Shown here piece by piece: positions 1-13,141 of a DNA stretch of 64,000 nt (positions are counted from its first letter, which is position 1; each line of letters starts with the position of its first letter). The translations under genes were made by a program, and so were the position numbers. This stretch comes from Octopus bimaculoides. Taxonomy: Eukaryota. The stretch spans positions 93,275,424 to 93,339,423 of the forward strand of contig NC_068982.1 in NCBI RefSeq assembly GCF_001194135.2, written 5' to 3'. The notes under the pieces are model-generated. The model was not told the DNA's origin. It saw nothing but the letters and a program-made list of their open reading frames with translations, and made no database searches.

Positions 1-1039
1 TTGATAAATGTTAGTGTAAAAGAGATAATTCTCTGATCGATTCGCTTTTGTTCTTTTCATGAGATTTACACATGGTTTTGAAGTTGAATATTTCGGTGGT
101 GGTGGAAAAGAGATAGCTGTGCTTCATGAGTTGCCTTTAAATATTACATCAATTCGTGTTGGTCACAGAATAATATGTTTATGACTGTAGACCTGCTTTC
201 TTGGCAGGGGTGCTAGTTATGCACTGGTGAAGACGAGATTATGTGTTAACTCGATGGTTCTCAAACTGATAAATAACAGATCCACACTAAAAAGAAATTA
301 TTTGCCCCTTCTCTTTTTATTAAAGAGATGACATAATACTGTTTACGTCCAAATAATTCTTTCTTCGGTCGTTAGACAACTTTAAAAAATAAAATTTTTG
401 TAATGATATTCACTTAAAAATAACTAAAAAACATTAAAATATTGTCTGTTTAAAGAAAGCTAAAATATTTCTAAATGATTAAAATATTGTGTTTAACAAA
501 ACCGAAAATAGAAATATTTACTGTAAAAAATAAATCGTATTTTTTCGTTGTCAAGTCACTGTGTCTAATCGAAAGGTAAGAGTTTCTACCTTTCAGCGTT
601 AAGTTATTTTCGGGGAATTTTCCCAGTATGCACCGTTTTGGGTATTTATACCCCGAAAACCCTTAATATCTCAATAACCAGTTGTCCGATTTACGCGAAA
701 CTTGCTTTATTCCGTTCGTATTCACATTTCATGGGCGCTATTTTCCCATTATGTACCAGTTTGGTTGGGTAATATTGAAGCAAGCAAGCAAGCAAGATTC
801 AAGCTCATTTTTAATGTAATAGATGAATTAGTGGGCAAAGGATTTTAGTCCAATTCATTGATTTCTTAAATTGTACTCAAATAAAACGATAAGAAAATTA
901 TATTCCAAACTGAGGGATCAAAAATATTTTAGACAGTATTATAATACAATTAAATTATATATAAATATTTCTAATTCTAACTTTTGATCGCTTGTTTTGA
1001 AGGAAAGACACTGTCGAGTCAACCTACTCTAGTAGGCCA

Positions 1040-1345
1040 CTGGTGCTTAGTGCATAAACTCCGGAAAGATAACAGGTAATTTGGATCTCATTAGGATAAA
1101 TCTCAGCCCTGAGAATATGAAATTTGTTTGGGACCTATGACCAAAAGCATTCCGGTCGTGAGCATCTCCTCTGTTTTTATGCACAGCGTATCAAATCTCA
1201 GAACTAAACAGTATAGTGTATACACAGTCGTCTAAACACAACACACAGTATTGTGTATCTGGACTATGCTTCACTCATAAGACGCTAGCGTGTAATTTAA
1301 GGGAAGTTTGGTGCTTATATCTAACAATTCGAATGACTATGGACG
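1040..1345 (+). mobile_element. Degenerate interspersed repeat (SINE-like family D); related pieces at ~14310-14560 (+), ~26385-26475 (+), ~31905-32110 (-)
   Basis: Shared blocks such as gacctatgaccaaaagcattccggtcgtgagcatc (here) vs gaatctatgttcaaaggcattgaagccaagaccat (14416-14450), and a common ...gagggag..ttt....tttcta(g/a)ca... tail. By-eye similarity only; boundaries approximate. Confidence 0.35.
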
Positions 1346-1822
1346 TTAGTATTTTATATTATTTTATAGCAGAGGCAAAGCAACGAGAAAGCTAAAATTG
1401 GTTTCAGTTCACTTTCGTTGCTATGAAAGTATAAACTATTTAGTTGTATTTTCTAATCAAAATTCAAGGCCTTGTGGCTATGTATATAAAAAAAAATTCA
1501 TTATATACATGATATATCTTTTAATGCATGTACAATCCTGCAGCTGTACATAGCTATTTAGTATTTTGTGTAAAGAGTCTCTTCTTTCTCTTTCTATCTA
1601 TATCCTTAAGGCAAAATAAAATGATGAAACAGTGCGTAAGTCTGTGGGTCGAATGGTCGACGTGTGAGACATGTGTAATATTAGTAACTGCCATTAAATC
1701 TGTATTCCTTTATTCCTTCATACATTCACACAAACACAGACACCTTTAGAGGTGTAATGATCCGAACATTCCCAGCATATTTTCATTCACATCAAAGTGG
1801 CCTCTGAAATAAATGTTAAAAC

Positions 1823-1865
<43 letters not shown>

Positions 1866-2112
1866 TACACACACACACACACACACACATTACACACACA
1901 CGCACACACACGTACGCTCACACAAACATACACGCGCTTACGCACACATTCATACATACACACAGATATATGCGCGCGCTCACACACACAAAACACACTG
2001 CAAACACAACAAATACACACGCACAACACACACACACATACACGCTTCCCCCTTTCTCTCCTCTCCCTCTCTCATTCTCTTTCTCTTTCTCTCTTTCCCT
2101 TACTCTATCTTG
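1823..2112. repeat. Compound (CA)n / (CT)-rich microsatellite
   Basis: Directly visible CA run followed by CT-rich tract; explains the THTHT ORFs. Confidence 0.95.
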
Positions 2113-2769
2113 CTTAGCAACAGATACATGCCTAAAGTAAAACAAATAAAAATTCATTTTAAAATGATGGCTTTTCTTCTTGGTTTCTTCATTCGTACCA
2201 GACTATGTTGATATGTAAGAGTCACATCATGCCGGTCTCCAGGTTAACGACTTCAATAGTCATATGATAATGTTGCTTTTCGTCCGTGCCTAGTGTTCTC
2301 ATCACGAACACAAAGCAACAATCCCCCGCAACTTCAATAGGAGCAAACCAATGTATATTGCTACTTGTAATTCTGTCTATAAAACGTAGAGCTGGCCATG
2401 TTAGGATTTAAATATAAAACATAGAAAATCGAGTTTAGTTCTGCACAACCACTGTTTCCGATAACTTGCATCATTTGAACATTACTCCAGCTGTAATCAT
2501 CATATCGTCTTTTTATCTGACATCATGCATCCAAACTGCATTATTCAATATATTTTCCTATTTTTAAGACTAGAGTATGGATGGTCAAGGGATATTTGGC
2601 TACGAATTCTAGCCCGTCAATTTATCGTGTCGGAACTCTCTCGCAACATAAAATCCAAGTCGAAGCAGCATTGCGCAGAACCTTTATTCTATAAACATCC
2701 TAGAAAATCTTATACTTGATTTCAGTAACCTGCATATTCCTTTTTCCCAACTGGCAGCGTCATAGATTT

Positions 2770-3570
2770 AAACCATCACACTCAACCACATCACTACATC
2801 CAAACCTTCAACAAAGTATTCACGAGACGTTTTCCATAAGAAAAAAAGAAACTAAAAACATATGCACACCATGCTAATTACTACCTATATTAGCTAAGCT
2901 TTTGGCTCCATTCCCCTCTTACACACTTATAAACAAAATAATAGACACTTAGTTTTAAAATAATAGACACACTTAAAAAACAAAAAGCAACAGCACAAAA
3001 CAGTTGCTAGCGAACTTGTTATCAAACTTAAGTGGTACATATCAACAATTCATCTAGAAACTTCAATTTGCTGAACGAGGTACCACCAGCATCTATCCTT
3101 TCACACACACTCATTTTAATGATATACCAACACTGCTTTCTGACATAAAATATACACAGAGCATCATACGCATGCAGTATCATATTCATGTCATTTCACT
3201 TATGCACATTTCACTACTCCAACAATACGTAAGCCTGTATCCTAATATATATTATACTGAACGTAGCATCATTAATTTCACCTCCTTTATTTTTATCAGC
3301 AGTCTCAGAGAACATCGATTAAAACCAACCATCACATTCAATGATATTAATACACAGAAAATAGACATTGCAGAAATTAATTGCAACACCTACCTCTAAA
3401 AGAATCCCACCACATGGGGAAACATGATAAAGGAAGCAAAATTATACACAAATTCACTTAGATTTCTTATACGCACCACATTTTGCAAACACCAAGAAGC
3501 AACAGTAACCGAATCTCTCTCAAAAACACACACTAATATTTTTAAAAGAAGAGGATACATTAAATAATAG
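2770..3570 (+). mobile_element. Highly decayed Penelope-like reverse transcriptase fragment
   Basis: Frame-broken translations LPILAKLLAPFPSYTLINK (~2881), LKPTITFNDINTQKIDI (~3318) and LRFLIRTTFCKHQEATVTESLSKTHTNIFKRRGY (~3457-3558). They follow the order of PLE RT/thumb motifs (LAKxL..., PSIKFT..., LIxRA..CS..E...F..NGY). Confidence 0.45.
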
Positions 3571-3628
3571 TTCTAGACGGTGGTTGTCAACTCGATTCCG
3601 GCGTAGCCACTTTCTCACGGTAGACATA

Positions 3629-4937
3629 CGAGGGGGTACCCAAAGGAAACCGGAATTTTACAATCTTATTTCATTCACTTACTTTTACAAGTTTACACTT
3701 TTATCGCCTTCAAAGTCTTCTCCATCTGAAGCAAAGCATTGGTCCAGACGAGATTTATACTATTCGAAGCGGTCCTGGAACTCTTACGAAGTGATACCTT
3801 TTAACGCCGCCATTGTTTTTTTGTTTTTTTTATTTACCTCTTCTTCATCTGCAAAACGTCTCCCTTTAAGGACTTTTTTCATTCGGAGGAACAAAAAAAA
3901 AAAAAGCCGCAGGAAGCAAGATCGGGAAAATAGGGAAGGTGGGTAAACGGGGTCATGCCATTTTGGGGCAAAAACTTCTCACGCTCAAGGCGGTGTGCGT
4001 AGGCGCATTATTGTGATGAAGCCACCATTCTCCACTTTGCCACAGGTCGGGACGTTTTCGTCTCACTGTGTCTCGCAAACGTTTCAGAACATTCAGGTAA
4101 AATGTCTGACCAGGAGGAACAAATTCTGTGAGGACATTACATTTCGCATCGATGAAACAACTCAACATCGTCTTGACACTGGATTTCACTTGACGCGCTT
4201 TCTGGGGGTGTAATGACATTGAATGCTTCCATTGACTTGATTGCTGCTTCATTTCCGGGTCGTAACCGTAGTATCAGCTTTAGTCACCAGTGATGATCTT
4301 GGTCCAGATCACCTTCCAACTATTCTTTCAGTTCACGACACGCATTCAGTCCTGACTACTTTTGATCTTTCGTGAGCAAGCGAGGCACAAATTTTGTTGC
4401 AACTCTTTTCATTCACAATTTCTCGCTCAAAATTCATTGGCAGGAGCCCCAGAACACACCAGTTATATCAACAAGTTTGTCAATTGTTTAGTGACAGTCC
4501 TCCAAGATCAGTTTATGAATGTTCGTGTTTTCATTCGTTCGGGAGGTTGACGTTCGTCTCGAACGAGGTTGGTCTTCAAGCAAGTAACCATTCCTAAAGC
4601 GTGACAAACCACTCATAAACTTGTGTTTTGCTCATGGCAGCGTCATTGTAAGCTATTTGAAGCATGACAACTGTTTCGGCTGTCGTTTTCCCCAGCAAAA
4701 AACAGAATTTCACGGAAGCACGGTTCCTTCGTTTCAGCCATCGCAAAAATCGACGAACAAGGGAGCACCACTGTAAAATAATGACGCACCACGTGGCAGA
4801 ATGACTTCACTCGACGACACCGGTCTGCAGAGTGATGCCTGAGGCTCGCATCAAGTGGCTTCTAGTGGCAGAATTCTGAACTACAACTAGCTTGCCTAAC
4901 AGAAAACGTTTCCGGTCACTTTTCGGTACCCCGTCTG
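3629..4937 (-). mobile_element. Full-length (1309 bp) defective mariner DNA transposon, family M1
   Basis: Imperfect TIRs CGAGGGGGTACCCAAAGGAAACCGGAA / revcomp CAGACGGGGTACCGAAAAGTGACCGGAA; TA on both sides (3627-28, 4938-39). Minus-strand transposase starts at ATG 4741 (VKFCFLLGKT..TQVYEWF) and includes KARQVKSSVKTML..WWLHHNNAPTHTAL; frameshifted. Confidence 0.95.
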
Positions 4938-6284
4938 TAACAGGTTTGATCACATTTATACTATGGGCCTCTCAACACTGATTTTGGTTAAATTTTTACT
5001 TTTATAACAAATGTGATACATAACTTTGTCAAGAACCACATCAGCAACGGTTCAATATCTTGCTTTTAGAATAGATCAGACTTGCATTACTAATCTACTT
5101 GAAGTGATGCACCACTACACGTTACAGTGTTCAACGTGATCCTCAAAAGAGTCTTTATCTATTTCAGTTAATAAGTCTGTGAATCGCTGCTCGTCGTATA
5201 GCTGACCTGAGTTACACAATAGTGGCATTTCGGTATTTACTGACTTCTTAAATCTATATCTATTGTACTTATGATATGGAAAGGCAATTTTGTGAAGTTC
5301 ATGCCTTACTCAGAGCATTAAATAACCTGAATTCGTTACAACCGTATCACAGTATTTGTTTTCTATTTGTGTAACAATAGTTCTACGGTGTTTTACTGTT
5401 CTTCATGGGTGTTTTATTCGTAAATATTCCCATAAATCCGACAAAAAACACAGAGAACTCAAACATTAAGGAATGAATACTTGAAGATTTAATTTTGAGA
5501 TTGACTTCAAAAATTCTGTTTCCTAAATAAGTGTGAAATCTAATTATTTTAAATAATGTTAGAAACAAATTTTAGAAGAAATTGAGTTTTCTGAGACCGA
5601 CTCATCAATCCTCTCCCCATTATCATCCCCGTCGTTGTCACCACCACCACCATCATCATCGCCGCCGCCGTCGTCGTCATCATCATCAAGACAGTGCAGT
5701 GTTAAAAACAGTGGAGTGCGAAACTCTTGACTAAAAAGTCTTTCAAATCTCTTTAAGCTTTCCTTTAACTGTAGAAAGTCCCTACAGGATGTAAACCATT
5801 CTTTTTTTCTTATTTTTTTTTTCCTGTTTGAGCAGCCTGAATGTGAAGAAAACATATTTGAGAGATGTAAACAGTCTCAAGAGACTTAGTGCAGTGTGAA
5901 GGGTTGAATAAGCAAAATAGGAAAAGACTGAGTTAAACAACAATCCTTAAAATCATGTTTTCTTACGATGTAAATTTTTATAAGATAAAAATAAAATTTG
6001 TGGAGTGTTGCATCGATGGTTCGATGGTCGAAGTGCATTCTAAAAACAGAGATATATGTTGATATGTTTGTGCACAATGAAATGGTTCATGTCAACGAAA
6101 ACATGCACCAACCAACCAATCCTAGTAATACATCTACGCATTTTGTACTTAATGCTTTTTTACTAAAGCATAAGGTTGGGTTGTTGGAAGGAATTATGCG
6201 TAGTATATTGTATTACCCTGGTACATTATCAGCGAATATATTGAACTCAGAAATGCAACAAATCAGCTTGAGACATAGGTGTTA

Positions 6285-6420
6285 GCATGGCTATGTGGTC
6301 TAGAACTTTGTTTTATAACTAGGTGTATTTAAATTAAATTCCATTGTGCGTCATATTTATTGAATGTTTTCTACCATAACCTCAGATCGATCAAAGCATA
6401 GTGAGTGAAAAATGAAGCGA
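6285..6420 (+). mobile_element. Degenerate 5' part of tRNA-head SINE family C
   Basis: gcatggctatgtggtctagaac head and ...ctaccataacctcagatcgatcaaagc... block, shared with the copies at ~28780-28905 (+) and ~30095-30235 (-). Confidence 0.5.
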
Positions 6421-7034
6421 GTCAGAGAGTCTGTTTCTAATTTCTTATTTAATCCGTCACCTAGTTTAACGCGGTTACTTAGCCTTTGCCTGCCTTTAAC
6501 GATGTTTGTAGTGTTGCAAACATTGCACTCAGCTCTCCTGACTGTTGATTACTTTCTTCTCCCCCACATCACGAGTCTCGGAGGCCCTGAAAGAAGTTAT
6601 AGGCGGTGCACTTCCTTCTGTAACCGAACAACAGAAAAATTCAACAATTATTTTAAACATTATTTCACTATTAGTTTTTATCATACTCATCTTAATATAT
6701 AAAAGTGAATGTATGCATGTTCCAAGTTATTTACCATAGCTTTGCAGCTAAGTAAGTGAAATTTTTACATTGAAAGTACATACTAACTGAATTTACTTGT
6801 AACTTCTAAAATCGAGATTAATGGATGCAATTATTCTGAGTAAATCAAATTCTAGCTGATTACTGCATCATTTTAATGAGATTTATCAAACTACTGTGAA
6901 TTCATACAACAGTAGTGATTTTATGAATTAATAAACTCAAGCAAGGCCAAATACTGCTGCCGATGTTAAACATATGATGTTTGACCCATTGTGTTTAACA
7001 AACTTCTCTGTTCTAATAAGAATTTCTAACTTCA

Positions 7035-7190
7035 GATAAAGGTCACAAGTTCTGGAGCTTATTGAATCAATCTCAGTATTTAACTGGTACTTCCAAAGGA
7101 ATAAAATTGAGCTCGGTGGTCTTTAAACTCAGAATGTAAAAGAACGTGACTAAATACCACCAGACACTTAGTTCGATTCTCTAACTTTTG
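7035..7190 (-). mobile_element. Degenerate SINE family A copy
   Basis: Reverse complement of family A blocks (aactggtactt...aactcagaatgtaaa) seen in the well-preserved copies at 21902 and 22883. Confidence 0.5.
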
Positions 7191-7614
7191 ATATTTCTCC
7201 ATTTTTTTGCTCTGCCTAACAAAGATTCCTTTCGACTCTATAGAAGGTCTAATTTTGCAAGGAAATAACATTTATTGATTTAATCGGCCCCATAATGTTT
7301 CTGATATTTAGTCTATCAACTCACTTCCCTTTAAAGAAATGAAAATTAAAATTGGTTTGATGATTTGAAAATAAAACGTGGTGCTTCCGTTGGTCGAATT
7401 TGATCATGCCTCTGCAACATCCATTTATAGACCTAGAGAGGACTTTTTTGAAGACGTCTGACATGAGGAAGATGTCCTTGCACAAAAATTTCCTCCTATC
7501 CAAGCCATCGATTTTTTCTTCGATAGTAAGACTGCCTGATTGGCACAAATGTTGTCGTAGAAAGTCAGAGCAAATACTGCAAACATCTTTCTAGACTCTC
7601 AGACAGTTCTGCCA

Positions 7615-7785
7615 ACCCACTACTCTGGATTGATACTTTTCTATTATCGACCTAGAAAGGATGAAAGGCTAAGTTAATATCGGAGGGATTTGAACTCAGA
7701 AAGCAGAAGCTCCGAACAAATACCGCTAAATAGCATATCCAATATCCCAACTCAACTCTAACGATTCTGCCAATTTGCCACTTCA
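7615..7785 (-). mobile_element. SINE family A copy
   Basis: atcgacctagaaaggatgaaagg...atttgaactcagaa...aataccgctaa...aacgattctgccaatttgcc is the reverse complement of the family A head and body. Confidence 0.7.
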
Positions 7786-8043
7786 AAAGTTGAATAATGA
7801 AACTAAATACAGCAAAGTACATCAACGACTAATTTATATTTCTATAGACAGACAATTGATAGCTTTGAACTTTAGATAGAATCAGAAAGTCAGTAAATAC
7901 CAAAAATAACTTAACGTATATCTAATAATGCTGAAGCAAAACAAAAATATTGCACAATAATGCTGCAAAATAAGAAAGGGAATTTTCCGTGCTTTATATT
8001 AAACCATTATTGGGTTTTTGCATTAATATTAAAATAAGAAATA

Positions 8044-8261
8044 AGCAACGAGCTGGCAAAACCATTAGTACGCCGGGTAAAATGCTTAACGGCATTTCGT
8101 CCGTCTTTACGTTCTGAGTTCAAACTTTGTAAAGGTCGGCTTTGGCTTTTATCCTTTCGGGGTCGATAAAATAAGCACCACTTGAGTACTGAGGTCGATG
8201 TAATCGACTAGCTCCTTGTATCGAGATTACTGACCTTGTACCAAAATTTGAAACCAATATT
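8044..8261 (+). mobile_element. tRNA-derived SINE family A, near full length
   Basis: Head agctggcaaaaccattag (A-box-like), gagttcaaac (B-box-like), body cctttcggggtcgataaaataag...gtcgatgtaatcgact matching the 21902 and 22883 copies. Confidence 0.8.
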
Positions 8262-10628
8262 AAATTCAGGAATAGCTGAATAGATCGAACACTAGACAAA
8301 ATGCCTTGTGAGTTTTAGTTACGTCCCTCCACGTTTTGAGTCCAAATACCATCCCAGTTGACTCTGCCTTTTGTTCTTCCCAAGTCAAGAAAAGAAAGTG
8401 CCATTTAAATATTTTAGTTGATTGGATCACTTTTGCCCTGCAGCCAAGAAAATGTCTTGACAATTGACATCGTATAAGTATAGATATGTAATGAAAAATA
8501 ATTGTAAATGCCGATGTCCTTCGTTACTAGCCTGCATATTCCATGTCACCTCAATCCTATGCGGTATGTATTTGAAAATTGTCTTGATACTGAGCATTAA
8601 TCAATGTTGTATTGACTGCTTTTTCATAATGAGTTTCACACTTCCCTGTTCTGACTTCAAATCTTCCAAATATTGATTTTGGATTTTCGTCTCTAGAAAT
8701 ACGTGTCCGATAGCCACAGGGCATGTACCGTTGATACTTTTGCAATAAATTTTGCAACCAAATTCTCATACACAAATTCTGCTGTGTTTCTTTTATTTCC
8801 CTCTTGTCAACTTTACCTTGAAGAAGAACGCTGTTCAAAACGTTGGATATTTCACTTCCCACGATATTTTCATTGTGCTCTTTCTGTCACCTTTCTTAAT
8901 ATATTGTTTTTGCACTGTATCGATAATAACCTTATGTCTACTTACAAAGAATCAATATTCAAATAGAAATAATAACAGCAATGACCTATTTATTTTACAT
9001 ATATAAGATTCAGATACACATGTCAAGTCTCTCATTATTAGATGTCCAACAATGAGGAGTTAGTTCTATTGTTTTCAAATTAAAGATATATGTGAATCCA
9101 CACCTTTCCCAACTGATATTTGTTGTTTCGAAGGCCATAAGAAGTCATTGAAGAGTTATACAGATACAACCGAGAATTGAAACCTGGTCGTGAACCTGGT
9201 GCTTCAAATGAATACAATTTTTTTCTCTCGATACGAGAGAAATCAAAAGATATTTTACTGACTGTTGGGGAAAGCAGTAAAGTGAAAAAAATTAGCTTCA
9301 TTTAAGTGATTATATAGCATCCATATTTCAAATTTGCACCTAAATAAGAGGTGAATATTAAGAAGTTCTTAGCCTTTAAAGTAGTCTACGGTACTCACTC
9401 AATGATATATAACTGTGGCTGGGAACAACCTGTTGAGAATCATGAGTTTACCATAGACACAGGAGAACTATAGCAACAAGGCACGTACCGTCCATAGTTC
9501 AGAAGGCAGTCAGATATCTTATCGACTCGAGTAGCTACAAATCTCTGCTAAAAGTACTCTTCTATAAATGGCGAGTAATGTTTGATGAGAGCTTTTCAGC
9601 CAATATCAGTAATATCATACCAAGGCATTTGAATATCCTAAAGAGCACAAACTATCACCTTATCTTATTTCTTTCCAACATTTCACGATGTTATCAATAA
9701 AATAAACAAACTGCCGTTATAAAGCAACTCTCTTCTCACTAACTTACAATGCAACTGTTGTTCAATTAGACACGTAATTCTAGTGTGCTACCTTCAAATA
9801 TTGTATACCCCATGAAACAGTACAATGAGAACAGAGTTGTCAGATTCAATAATGGCATTTCTAAAGTTTTTCTTAAAGAATGCTATCGCACAGACATTTT
9901 GTTGATCTAAACAACGGCTCTATTACAACATTAATTGACATCGTTTCTTCAATGTCTTCATTACAGGAGCAAAGTTAAAACAGCTTGAGGTTGTGGACTG
10001 TCAGAAATGCAGCAGTTGTTAATCTATGTCAACAAGATCAGTCTCATTGCAATTAAAACTATGCATGGATATGTTTAATAGAGTTTTTCACGACGTAATT
10101 CTCAACCAAACATTTATTACAATCTTGAGCTAATAATAGTCTTTCTTTTCCCTTCTTTTTTCTTCTTTGTTTTTGTATAACATTATTTCACAGAATAAGA
10201 GATATTGGGAAACGGCGTGGATAAGGGAAATGACGAGAAAATTGGATGAAATCGATTCGGTGAAATTTGAAATGTTTACATTTGTTGTATTAGAGAGTTC
10301 TCGAACTTTTCTAGAAAAAAAAAGTACAGAGACAAACAAATAATTTCTTCGTTGTCACTCAACTTAATAAAAGTAGTAGCCAAATCTACCTCAAACCACA
10401 TCTTACCATCTTAAAAAAATGAAGGACACGTTGCGCACTTTGGGCACTTTTGATAACATAGTCACTGATACTCAAAAAGACGGGATGGTCACAGCTGGAA
10501 CGCTTTTTAGTGCAAGTCTGCTATATCAAGACTGGCCTGATGTCAAACAACAGTTTCAAGGTTTGTAGAATACCAGGAAAAGAAAGAGAGAGAGAGCGTG
10601 TGTTTGTGTTGGTATATATGTGTGAATC

Positions 10629-10670
<42 letters not shown>

Positions 10671-10808
10671 GTTGAATTCTTATATTCAACGTCTATCTTT
10701 AAAAACGCCACAGATATCTTGAGAAAGAATATATATATAAAGGAATTGACCAAGTACATGAATGGTACATTTTTATTAGCCGTGAAGAGACAAAACAAAA
10801 AGACGAGT

Positions 10809-11490
10809 AATTTATTGATTATATTTGAATTGATTGGGATTTCAAGTTATGTCCTCCACCAGTATATCCTTCAAACAGTACAGATTTGCGTGTGCGTGTG
10901 CGTGTGCGTGCATGCGCGTGTACGCTTGTGTAAGTATAATGCACATATGTATGTATGAAAAAATAACTACTATTATTAGTATCTGCTAGCTTGATATGGT
11001 TTGGTAGATATGATATTCATAGGCCAGCGAAATTGCAAAGTGAACGTATGAATTCTTGCCAGCTTGTTCTGATAATCCTTTTGCGAAGAAGTTCAGAGAT
11101 AAATCGGCTTTTGATTAAATTTTTTGCAGTATGAAATGTCACTGAACTCAGAATGAAAATTCTTGAATACTGCAAAAAATTTAATCAAAAGCCGATTTAT
11201 CTCTGAACTTCTTCGCAAAAGGATTATCAGAACAAGCTGGCAAGAATTCATACGTTCACTTTGCAATTTCGCTGGCCTATGAATATCATATCTACCAAAC
11301 CATATCAAGCTAGCAGATACTAATAATAGTAGTTATTTTTTCATACATACATATGTGCATTATACTTACACAAGCGTACACGCGCATGCACGCACACGCA
11401 CACGCACACGCAAATCTGTACTGTTTGAAGGATATACTGGTGGAGGACATAACTTGAAATCCCAATCAATTCAAATATAATCAATAAATT
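10809..11490. repeat. Perfect inverted duplication: 324-bp arms (10809-11132 / 11167-11490), 34-bp spacer
   Basis: By eye the right arm is the exact reverse complement of the left arm, including the (GCGTGT)n run. Confidence 0.95.
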
Positions 11491-12493
11491 TTACTGTATG
11501 AAATGTCCCTTTACTAATACAGCATTGATGATTATTTATCCTGTGGCTTTGTGGGTACGTTAATCAAAGAAGTGAGGACAGCGCCTTGTACACCGAGACT
11601 GGTAGAGCAGAGGGGAATAAGAAACAACAGTTCGCAGATAGTTGCATTGGAAGGTAGCACATCAAGATATCAGCTAGTACTCATGCCTGATATCTTATTA
11701 GAATACTTACAACAGAGCATACTCTGATAAAAGCACACAGGGATAAGGCGGTCGCATTAAACGAAGCGAAAACTGAGTTCTGTTACTCCTGTGTTCTATG
11801 TAACGCTGAATGAGACAAAAGTGATTTATCCACATTGTGTTATGTTTTCGAGATTCTTACTCTTGTAGGTTGTGCTAATCTAATGAAAACTGTCGATATT
11901 GCATGTCAACAGGTTAGGTGCAAAAGTATTTCCTAGGTGTTGTATGCGAACTTCTCAGTATTAATGAACAGTTGGAGAAATTAGCACGTAGGTCTTTAAT
12001 GTAGACGAAAAAAGAATGTTTAAATTCCAACAATGAAGCTTTGTTTCTTAATTAGAAGGACGGGCATGTACATATCTATACTGAACCAATAACAGTTATA
12101 TTTCCTCATATTTTCAAGGGTACTCTTTTGCAATTCAAAATCAGCAAACAGAAACAAAATTTATCAAGTACAAAAAGGATACAAATACACGCACAATAAG
12201 AGACAATCAACAATATTTCATATGAGCTACATTGCTAATGACAATGCAAAAATCTCATCAGAAAACTAACCCACTGGTAGTAATTTTTAAAGCATATTTC
12301 TGGCGCGTCTGACTTGAATATTCACACCAGTGATTCCTATAATGCATGGGATTCTAACAAAAACACCTTGGTGTAATTCATAAAGAATATAGTCCAAGAG
12401 ATCGATACATAAGAAACACTGTCAAAAATACAAAATATTGTTTAAAATGTACCAAAATATCCTCTTTGATGCACCAAACATATTTCTCTAGAA

Positions 12494-12899
12494 CAAGCAC
12501 GTGCCGTCAGTAATTACTTAGGGTAGGCTGTTGGTGACCCTTATGTAATAAAAGACTCAAAAATAAGCGAAATACAGGCGCGCAACTGAGTTGAATGCAG
12601 ATTTACTTCTGCCTTTATAGCACGTAAAGAAAATGATGTTGTAGGAGTGTACACAGCACGTGTGCTACCGCAGCACTATGCGTAGTTTTAATACTGAGAT
12701 TGAAAAGCAAGGGCGAATTAAGCCTGCCTAATGTACAAAAAAATAAAGCATTTTGCATTTTATGCATAGTAATCAAAGAAACCTTCATAATTTTATTGAA
12801 TTAGGTGCATATTTTGTCATAAAATGAAAATATTGCTATTGATCTATTCTATTCAAGGTAGGCATTGTCTACTTTGTCTACCTAGGCGGCACGTCCCTG
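12494..12899. mobile_element. hAT-type MITE (406 bp) with 8-bp target-site duplication
   Basis: TSD CTCTAGAA at 12486-12493 and 12900-12907; TIRs CAAGCACGTGCCG / revcomp CAGGGACGTGCCG. An 8-bp TSD, TCTAGA target core and CAGGG end are typical of hAT elements. Confidence 0.8.
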
Positions 12900-13141
12900 C
12901 TCTAGAACATTGCATTAAAGGCTTTTAATGCTGTGATATTTCGTCGACATTTAACCATAAATATTTCTTGGCCCAGCAGTGAACAACGGAAGGAGACAAC
13001 TGAGCGCGGTTGTTTGGGCGCTGGAGATTTGGTGCGTCTAGCAGAACTTATTTTGGTGATAATACTTTTTGGCACTTGAAGTAAACAAACGCACACATAC
13101 GCACGCATACATAGCTATATATATATCTTTATATATATATT

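Noticed and set aside
571-594. Perfect 8-bp hairpin GAAAGGTA-AGAGTTTC-TACCTTTC and an apparent GGTAAG splice donor
   Set aside because: No upstream open exon; probably an internal palindrome of an old DNA-transposon remnant (~380-790) whose ends I cannot define.
5381-5476. Plus-strand FYGVLLFFMGVLFVNIP...KE* resembling a membrane-protein terminal exon
   Set aside because: Weak acceptor, short, no upstream exons found; hydrophobicity is expected from T-rich DNA.
5559-5836. Minus-strand exon-like ORF after a good acceptor (TTTTCTTCACATTCAG|G) with an acidic D/G-rich tail
   Set aside because: The openness is largely explained by GAT/GGT/GAC trinucleotide repeats and a SINE-tail-like segment; no recognisable domain. 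It cannot be excluded without RNA-seq.
8557-8862. Complex ORF-bearing segments 7321-7594 and 8557-8966
   Set aside because: Possibly very old DNA-transposon coding remnants, but no motif could be recognised with confidence in any frame.
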